A stretch of DNA of 64,000 bases from Eledone cirrhosa. Taxonomy: Eukaryota. This document shows positions 60,113 through 64,000 of the stretch, piece after piece; positions within the stretch are counted from its first letter, which is position 1, and each line of letters opens with the position of its first letter. The stretch spans positions 1-64,000 of the forward strand of contig CAXHJY010000495.1 of the NCBI GenBank assembly GCA_964016885.1. Direction: 5' to 3'. Both the position numbers and the translations under genes were made by a program. The notes under the pieces were generated by a model, which worked only from the letters and a program-made list of their open reading frames with translations, made no database searches and had not been told where the DNA came from.

Positions 60113-60305
60113 CCCGGGTTCAATCGGGGGTAACCACAGTAAATAAGGTACTCAATACAAAGCAGAGTGTATATAATATTTAATATAGAAAAGGTTTCTA
60201 CAGGACTAGAACTGTTTCATTCGGGACAAATCATCTGGTCTTCCTGATGGTTTCTCCCGAATAAAACAGTTCTAGTCCTGTAGAAGCCTTTTCTATATTA
60301 AATAT
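60113..60305. mobile_element. HHR cassette family B as a fold-back (two HHR copies back to back)
   Basis: 60176-60238 is inverted against 60243-60305; plus copy CTTC-CTGATGG-...-AAAAC-AG..CT-GTA-GAAG has two core mutations. Confidence 0.75.
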
Positions 60306-60799
60306 ATATATATACATATACACACATATATATATATAGTGTGTGTGTACGTGAGTTTTTGTGTGTGTACGTGTGAGACCCTGTATGTGAGTGAATGTGT
60401 GTGTCTGCTAACACCATAAAATATGAACATGTTCAATATCTTTCAACCTGTTAGAAATAGCAGCCAAGTTACCTTCCATATCCCACCTTGCTCTTTAAGT
60501 AAGAACAAACAACACATTAAATAACGTAGTCCAAGATACACTTAAAGATATGGAATGACGTGAGAATCTTTCATTATATATCTGTTGGAATCTGCTTTGC
60601 CTGCGGCTAAACAACACCAACAACACCAACAACATCATCATCATCAACATCATCATCATCATCATTATCATCATCATCATCATCATCATCAACAACCACA
60701 ACAGTATAACCCCCACAACCACTATCCCAATTAACGACACCCCACTGCCATCACTAACATCACAGATTCAACCAATAGCTTTACTGTCACCAACGCCAC

Positions 60800-62125
60800 G
60801 AGCATAAATACTGTAACAACAACATCACCACCAACAACACCATCACCAACACCGCCATCACCAACACCACCACCACAACACCACCATCATCAACCACGAC
60901 AAAACCACCACCACCACCAACAACAACACCACAACACCACCACCACCACAACACCACCATCACCAACACCACCACACCATTCACCACAACACCATCATCA
61001 TCAACCACAGCACCACCACCACACTACCACCACAACACCACCACCACCACCACAACAACACCACCACCACAACACCACCACCACCACAACACCACCACCA
61101 CAAAAACACCACCACCACAAAAACACCACCACCACACCACCACCACACCACCACCAACACTACCACACCAACACCACAACACCACCAACATCACAACACC
61201 ACCACCACACCACCACTACAATCACCAACACCAATATCACAACATCACCACCGCCACCTCTACATTATACCATCGAATCATCACAAATACCAACACACCA
61301 CCCTATCACTCTATAATCAACCACTAGACCACCACACCACACTTGATCACCACACCAGACCACACCACCACACCACACCACCACACCACACCAGACTTGA
61401 CCACCACACCACACTACACCATCACACCACACTACACCATCACACCACACTTGACCACCACACCACACTTGACCACCACACCACACCACACCATCACACC
61501 ACACCACACTAGACCATCACACCACACTACACCATCACACCACACTACACCATCACACCACACCACACTAGACCATCACACCACACTACACCGCCACACC
61601 ATACTACACTACATCACCACCATGACACAATACCAACGCCTCTACATCAATACTACCACCACCAACACCACCACCAATAACACCACCACCAATAACACCA
61701 CCACCACCACCACGAACATCACCACCACCACCACCACTACCAACACCACCAACACCACCACCACCACCACCACTACCAACACCACCACCACCACCACCAC
61801 CAACACCACCACCACTACTACCAACACCAACACCACCACCACCACCACCAACACCACCACCACCACCACACCACCACCACCACCACCACCACCACCACCA
61901 CCACCACCACCACCACACCACCACCACCACCACCACCACCACCACCACCACCACCACCACCACCACCACCACCACCACCACCAACACCACCACCACCACC
62001 ACCACCACCACCACCACCACCACCACACCACCACCTCCTCCACACCACCACCACCACCACTACCAACACCACCACCACCACCACCACACCACCACCACCA
62101 CCACCACCACCACCACCACCACCAT
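60800..62125. repeat. (CAC/CAA/CACAC)n compound microsatellite
   Basis: Direct reading. Confidence 0.9.
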
Positions 62126-62205
62126 CCAATATTAATTTGGAGACTACCATCGAATTAGAAGCAGGTGGAATGAATCACAGACTACCATTATCCTCTTATG
62201 TCTTA

Positions 62206-62257
<52 letters not shown>

Positions 62258-62281
62258 ACACATATGTATATATACATATGT

Positions 62282-62359
<78 letters not shown>

Positions 62360-62489
62360 ACATACACACACACACATATATATATATATATACATATGTA
62401 TACATACATACACACACACATATATATATATACATATGTATACATACATACACACATATATATATATATATATATATTGTATATATACA

Positions 62490-62528
<39 letters not shown>

Positions 62529-62538
62529 ATATATACAG

Positions 62539-62569
<31 letters not shown>

Positions 62570-62902
62570 TATATATATATACTGTATATATACAATATAT
62601 ATATATATATATTGTATATATACAGTATATATATATATTGTATATATACAGTATATATATATATTGTATATATACAGTATATATATATATATTGTATATA
62701 TACAGTATATATATATATATATTGTATATATACAGTATATATATATATATATTGTATATATATATATATATATATACTGTATATATACAATATATATATA
62801 TATATTGTATATATACAGTATATATATATATATTGTATATATGCAGTATATATATATATATTGTATATATACAGTATATATATATATATATATATATATA
62901 CA

Positions 62903-62949
<47 letters not shown>

Positions 62950-62976
62950 ATATATACAGTATATATATATATACAG

Positions 62977-63002
<26 letters not shown>

Positions 63003-63008
<6 letters not shown>

Positions 63009-63135
63009 CTGGGGTAACCACAGTAAGTAAGGTACTCAATACATAGCAGTGTATAAATATTTGATATAGAAAGTGCTTCTACAGGACTAGAACTGTTTCA
63101 TTCGGGAGAAATCATCAGGACTTCATCAGGAGACA
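63003..63135 (-). mobile_element. HHR cassette family B with intact core (63075-63120)
   Basis: Minus strand: CTGATGAAGTC-CTGATGA-TTTCTCCCGAAT-GAAAC-AG-TTCTAGTC-CT-GTA-GAAGC, then tail GTATTGAGTACC. Confidence 0.7.
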
Positions 63136-63311
63136 AGTGGGAAGGAAAAGAGTTCCGGGAGGGTGTGAGGGGGGAGTGGTGGAAAGACATTAAAATAAAG
63201 GGAAAACATTATATATGTATGTATAATTCTATGTATGTATATATGAATTTCCCCTAAAATGGTGAAAGCAGAAATTGATTGCTTAAATTTTCGATAAATA
63301 AACTTGCACAC

Positions 63312-63420
<109 letters not shown>

Positions 63421-63474
63421 TAGATATATATATATATACACACACATACATATTTATATATATACACACATACA

Positions 63475-63526
<52 letters not shown>

Positions 63527-63629
63527 CACGCACACACAGATACATATATATATATATATATACATTCATACATACATATATATACACACACACGCACACA
63601 TACATACATATATATATATACACACACAC

Positions 63630-63678
<49 letters not shown>

Positions 63679-63741
63679 CATACATACATATATATACACA
63701 CACACACACATACATACATATATATATATATACACACACAG

Positions 63742-63830
<89 letters not shown>

Positions 63831-63870
63831 TACATATATATATATACACGCACACACACATACATATATA

Positions 63871-63910
<40 letters not shown>

Positions 63911-64000
63911 CACACACACACACGCACATACATATATATACATATACACACACACACATATATACGCACATATATATATACACACATAGTTCTGTTGCTG

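Overview
AT-rich, extremely microsatellite-dense eukaryotic non-coding DNA. The (TA)n/(CA)n/(GA)n/(CAC)n/(CAA)n load and the tRNA-derived SINE families look like an octopus/cephalopod genome (inference). Nearly all listed ORFs are simple-repeat artefacts and no host gene is confidently identified. The unique islands hold tRNA-derived SINEs, TTAA-flanked piggyBac-like MITEs and RTE-type LINE 3' ends. The main signal is a dense set of type-I hammerhead ribozyme (HHR) motifs: about a dozen with a complete or near-complete core, plus several half-motifs. They have the form stem I-CUGANGA-stem II-GAAA(C/U)-short, often palindromic stem III-NUH. They belong to several distinct families and sit in short non-coding cassettes next to (TA)n tracts. 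Each is typically followed by AATAAA and an ACTC...GAGT(G/A)CT tail, and many are folded back by an inverted copy of their own 3' flank. This architecture matches Penelope-like retroelement (PLE) termini or non-autonomous ribozyme-bearing retroelements. All structures were read by eye and need computational and biochemical confirmation.
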